Origin: Lepidodermella squamata
Lineage: Eukaryota; Animalia; Gastrotricha
Assembly: GCA_047495785.1 (NCBI GenBank)
Contig: JBLDXI010000016.1
Coordinates: 930,001-994,000 of the forward strand
Length of the DNA: 64,000 bases
Reading direction: 5' to 3'
Made by a program: the position numbers and the translations under genes. The notes beneath the pieces were generated by a model, which saw nothing but the letters and a program-made list of their open reading frames with translations, ran no database searches and was not told the origin of the DNA. Of the stretch, positions 58,840 through 64,000 are shown one piece after another; within the stretch, counting starts at the first letter, position 1; every line of letters starts with the position of its first letter.

Positions 58840-61642
58840 TCCATTGCCGAGTTAAACTTTTAATTTAAACGTCACTATAAACCGAGGAAAATTCGGCAAA
58901 TGAACTTTCTGTATTAAATGTTTCTATTGCACTCACTCGAGATGCCGGAAATCAAATGGCGGAAATAAATTCAGACAAAATAAAATCGATGAAGAATATT
59001 TGCGATAAATTCATAGAAAAAATATGAATTAAAGTAGAATAAGTAGGTGATTAAATAGGGACATTCCTGGCTAATTTGTTTTATTTTCCTGAAAATTGAG
59101 ATACAGCAAAATGCCGTTGGCAGGTATTTTTCCTCGCGGCGGTAATTTTCATATATTTTTTTACGTTATACTGAATAGTAATTAGTGGATGAAAAAAACA
59201 TCGCACGGTAGTCATGCAGCTGCTGGCACCTGAGGCAGTAATAAACAGCTATAGCAGGCGTGGATGTTTTTTTTCATGAGAGTCCAATATTAAGCGGGCT
59301 TGCGGTGATCCAAGGCAAAAATGAGATATTATAAACCTGAAAAACCGGATATCAGGTGAGAAAGAAGCCAAGGTTCATTGAATTAAAAGCTGAAATTGAA
59401 CCCTGAATCAGCCTGAAAAAAATATTTTTCTAGCCTAAATTATGCAAAATTTTTGGGAGGTTCAGTTATTTTAAGCAACAAGATAAGCTTGTCAGTTCAC
59501 CTTATCGCTACATTGCAACAAAAAGTAGGATAAATGTTTATTTTTTCTGTAAATATGACACGCTGTAACCTAATTTTTGCCAATGTTTTTTTTAGGAAAC
59601 TATATTTAACCTATTTATACTGCGCATATAAAAAACAAATTTTTTCATCGATCCAAGTAACCTGATGATGAATGCATGCGAAGCCACATCATACACACAA
59701 TGTTTTACGTGCAGAGGTGAAAAAAGCGCGTTCGATATGCACCTTTATAGGCTTCTATCCGTAGCCTCTATTCAGACACTATTTATTATATTATATAACG
59801 CAGGCAGATGCTTGCATGTTCATTTATGATCGCGCTTGTATACACAAAAGAAGTCAGATTTTTTGCCTTCGAAGCGAGGCGTGGTCTAATGATAGATTAT
59901 TGGAAGTTATTATGACAGCAGCCAATTTTTGTTGGGCTGATTTTTATCCTGGTTTACCCCTAATAAAATTGGAGCAAGCTAAGTTTATAGCTTTCGAGGA
60001 CAATTTATTTTACGAGGTCATGCATCATCGCAAGATTTGGCAGCTAATAGATGATCCGTGGTCTGGAAAAAGACAGTTATCATTTGTTTTATAAAACATG
60101 CACTGCTGCAATATATCATGTACATATATTATGGTAATTCGATCCTTTGTCCTACTTTCGAGCAAATCGATAGCAAGGCACAGAAAATAGATGCGCAAAA
60201 ACAATATCGTGATGTGTTTTTATTGATCGGTATTTTTTGCCCAGTGCCAAGAACACATAAAAATCTAAAGAAAGCCCGATAATAGACGAGAAAAAAAAAC
60301 AAATCGTCCGTTGCTAGGGTGTTTGATTCGGATTTCCAATACATCAAATAAGAAATCAATAAAGATAAATTGATTTTATTAAATGTAAGCGCTTTGATAA
60401 AAAAAAGTATAAAAAAGCCTCAAATATTCCGAAAAAAATTTGAAGATGAAATGCTCGTCCGTTCAAAAATGCATAAAATTTTTACTGTAATAAAAACGGA
60501 TCTAAAAGAAGTTAGTTAGATCGACGGAAGTTAGAGAAAGAGAGTCTGAATAAACAATTTCATGTCAATGAAAGATGATTAATGAGGAGGATAAATAATG
60601 GGCTTTGGTACAAGTAGTTATGAAAAGAGTAGGAAAAGAGTAGGAGTATGACAATTTAACCAACCTGGCATAATGGCCGATAATCGTCGCCGAAAACAAT
60701 GTACCGAGGGCGGTTAGCAAATAGGAGTCAAGTAGCAGTTTTGTCCTGTAACCATAGTGATGTAGTAAATCTATATTCTTGGTTAAGGTTCATCTGATGG
60801 ACGCTGTTTATCACCACTATTAGGCAGATTACAAGTTTTTACCCTGCCACGCCAGAATGAGCAGCATGTTGTAGTCTTGTAGTCTTGTTTTTCAATTTTG
60901 GTGGGTGATATTTTGTAGCTTGAGCACGTTTGCCAAAAAGAAAAGAACTTTACATTAAAATTGGGCGATGTGTAAAACTTCATCTCATTGCCAACTATTT
61001 TTTATACTGAGGAGCAGGTACATATATGGGGAAAATATCCGGCGTTGTGCTGTTTCACGCATCAACGAGTTGTCGAATTTTGTGTAGCACATTAACATAT
61101 GAAATTTGCGGGCGAGGGCGATGAAACAGCGAACCGAAAGAGTGTTTGATAGATTAACCTAATTGAGGTGAGAGTAAAGTAAACAAGTACTAGATTGCTG
61201 AAGGGTAATGTTGCTGAAAGCAGGATCCACATATCAAATAACTTTAGCATTATATAAAGGAAATTTGACTTGACCTCAATGAATTAACCCGATTAATTTC
61301 AGGCACGCAATTGAGCAGTTTCTTTTTAATTTATGAATCTTTCACCTCGAAAATCAAGCGGTTATTGATCGATCGACGATCTACGTCATTCAGAGTCTTT
61401 CCAGATTAAGGATAATACTCATTTGCAATTAGTACGTCCTACTAATCGATCGAAAGTGCTCTCATTACGTCGTTTGACGCACATTTTCCGAAGATTCCTG
61501 GCAGGCTTTCGGGCTAGCAATCAGAAATAAGCTGCCGAACGAGTTTTAGAGGGCGTAGTCAAATTCCACGGCCAGCTTGGAACCCTCAAGCGAAACGTTA
61601 TATTGATCCTACCGCATGAAACGCTGCATGAAAAAAAGGTCA

Positions 61643-61821
61643 CAGGGTGGCCACAAAAAGTTCATTGATTGGAGTGCGCATCAATTTAGAGAAAAAAATA
61701 TCTAGGAACATTATATCCTATAGCCGAGAAAAATCTTGAATTTCAAGAAATTCTTCTCTAAATTGAGGCGCACTCCAATCAAAGAACTTTTCCCCGTGCG
61801 GCTTTTTGTAGCCACCGCTTG
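61643..61821. mobile_element. Tc1/mariner-type MITE
   Basis: Termini CAGGGTGGCCACAAAAAG / CTTTTTGTAGCCACCGCTTG followed by TA; inner 38-bp inverted repeat AAAAGTTCATTGATTGGAGTGCGCATCAATTTAGAGAA with 2 mismatches. Confidence 0.65.
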
Positions 61822-62726
61822 TAGAAAACTGTTAATTTCAGTAAAATAAAAAATGCTAGCACCAAAATAAAGATCTTTATACTTGAGCTTAATTTATCGA
61901 AAGGGATCCTTTAGCTGGTAGGTGTGAAAATGTACACTGTGGTATACTAGCTGGTAGCTCTTTTTGAGTGAGCGACTTGATTAGAGCGATGATTCATCGC
62001 GCATCATCGCGCATGCGTTCAAAGTCCCTTTTTTATTATTTGATTTCGGTCAATTATTTTCAAGACGCTCATTACGAGCAATTAGCCAAAAGGTGAGGGC
62101 TAAAAAGCAAAGGGAAATTTGCGTAACTATCAGCATTAGCCCAGTTTCATGCTCTATTCGAATAGCCTATCAGAAAAATCAAGTTTAATTGAAAATCCTT
62201 TGAAAATCAAAAATTCAAAGGTAATTATTTATTGACACCTCAAAACCATTATTGAAGCCCTTGTGCCTCAAAACCCCGCCCTTTAACTTGAATAGGCGCC
62301 TTTAAAACCCGAGAAATATTCCTGGATCTAAGTTGGTTTCATTTTCGAGTGAAAAATTGTGCAATCAACCCACCTGTGAGATTTTGCGTTTTTTAGCCCT
62401 GTCTTCGAAAATCACCGATGATCGTTACTCGAATAGAATGTGAAACCAAAATCGATGATCTTGTTCTACCTGAGGTTCATGATCCTTTGATCGTTTCCTG
62501 AATTTTGTGCGTAGAAGCAAAAGTAAGCGGACATGTGATGAAGTGTTTATACTAAACTAATGCTGCCATTTGATCATTTATTTCATTTTCCACGTGACTG
62601 AAATAATGAAATGACTAAGCTATCAATGGGTAGTCAATTGAAAATGTGAGATGTTGATGGGCGTTAGGTTAAAATTAAAAACAGCATCGGGATCGAAAAG
62701 ATTGAACCGAGTGGCCATAGTTTAAT

Positions 62727-63760
62727 CTACCAGAGATTGTCGATTGGATGACGAGGAAGTGCTGGCGCCGCTAGGGCGCTTTTTACGACCGGCGGCCGAG
62801 AATTATTAACAACGTGCTTCATTTCCCACTTGACCAGGTGCGGCATAGCGATCGGCTTCAAAAATTCGTAATAATTCACCATTCTGCAAAAAAATAAATA
62901 AAAAATAAAAATAAAAATTCTACCTTAAAATAATTACGATTCGTTCGTAGGGCAAGCGTAACGTTTCGCCAACATTCTTAAATCGGCATTGCTAAATTCT
63001 GGCTGTAACTCTGCTAAGATAGATTTGAAAGCCTTCTCCGGAATCCGGCCGGTATTTGTCTTATCAAAAGCAACCATCTCCGATATAACATCGTCCAGCC
63101 TGTGTTCAAGTTTCTGCTTCAGTGAATTTTCCATCAACTCCTTCTCGCTGTTAAGCCGCTTTGAACGCACGAAAAAGTTGGAATCGCCCTTTTCGGGTCG
63201 GCGGAAGCGCATCGATGACGCGGGAACAACGCCGGCGATAAAACGCTGGTACTCGTGGAAATGAACCCAGCCTGATGTTGTTTTGCGTAAAACCAGCCAC
63301 AACGCCTCGAGAATTTCGTCATCCGGCTCGCAAATACCACCCTCACCATCGTAAATACTCTCGCGAGCATTCATCCTAAACAAATTCAAAATTATTTGAA
63401 AAAATTCAATTTCAAAATTCACCTGCGAAGCATTTCGATAAAAATTTCGTGGTTAATTCGTTGACAGTTGACTTCGTCAAGCCGTCGAAATTCCCGTTCC
63501 GCCTCTTCTAAACGAGCCGATAAATTTTTTCGAACAATTTTCAGGCTTTCGATGATTTTCGGATTTTCCCGGGCGAAGCGAGCTGTTTTAGACACCCTAC
63601 CAGCTCCTTCGTCGACCGGCCTTAAAGGCAGAGTTTTCGACGGATTGGCCAGTTCGAGATCGTCCTCACGTGATCGTTCATTTCGCAATGAAAATTTGTT
63701 CGGGGCCGGTAGATTGTTCACTGGAACCGGGTCGTGATAGCCGTAGAAAATTCCGCCCAT
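62727..63760 (-). CDS. EF-hand domain protein (EFCAB6-like), at least 3 exons
   Basis: FRRLDEVNCQRINHEIF, KTTSGWVHFHEY, MVAFDKTNTGRIPEKAF, MVNYYEFL; GT-AG introns. Confidence 0.7.
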
Positions 63761-64000
63761 GGCAGCCTTAAAAAAGAAAATTTCTCTCAATGTCCCACTC
63801 GAGTTACAGAAATGGAGAGGGCTCTTCAAAGAAATTTTCTCGTCTTGTTACTCAGGTGATACGAACTAAAGCAGGAAGTGGGCGGTTCGAGGTGTAAAAA
63901 GCATAAAACCTTGTAATTAGCTGCATTTCTCACAAAAATTTTGCCACCTATTGTTTCAATATAATTTTTTGCTTTTTTACTTACAAGCGATTGTTGCGGC

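Noticed and set aside
60783-60983. Possible integrase zinc-finger remnant (RLQHAAHSGVAG in one minus-strand frame)
   Set aside because: Too short, with no supporting CxxC or DDE sequence.

Overview
Gene-dense eukaryotic DNA from an invertebrate animal (taxon not identifiable from this window), with short AT-rich GT-AG introns, mostly about 45-110 nt. From left to right: (1) a tandem array of intronless GABA-B-like class C GPCRs (two complete, one running off the left edge, one deleted pseudogene) and a divergent intron-containing relative; (2) a small heat-shock protein; (3) several predicted secreted proteins (His-rich, PI-PLC-X domain, ICK/knottin peptide, furin-processed mucin-like repeat protein); (4) two ankyrin/SOCS-box genes, stomatin, a solo Gag-like zinc-knuckle ORF, an atypical Rho GTPase, an SLC26 transporter, a large TBC-like gene and a rhodopsin-type GPCR; (5) a 7.5-kb RNA-gene island at about 49.3-56.9 kb; (6) an atypical MAP2K and an EF-hand protein. 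The island is bracketed by two identical tRNA-Gln genes with shared flanks. It holds 14 apparently intact tRNA genes, several tRNA pseudogenes, a structurally intact but divergent U1 snRNA, and two duplicated secreted Gly/Pro/Phe-repeat protein genes. Several MITE-like elements and a LINE remnant are also present. All calls were made by eye from the sequence and ORF track; no database searches were run.
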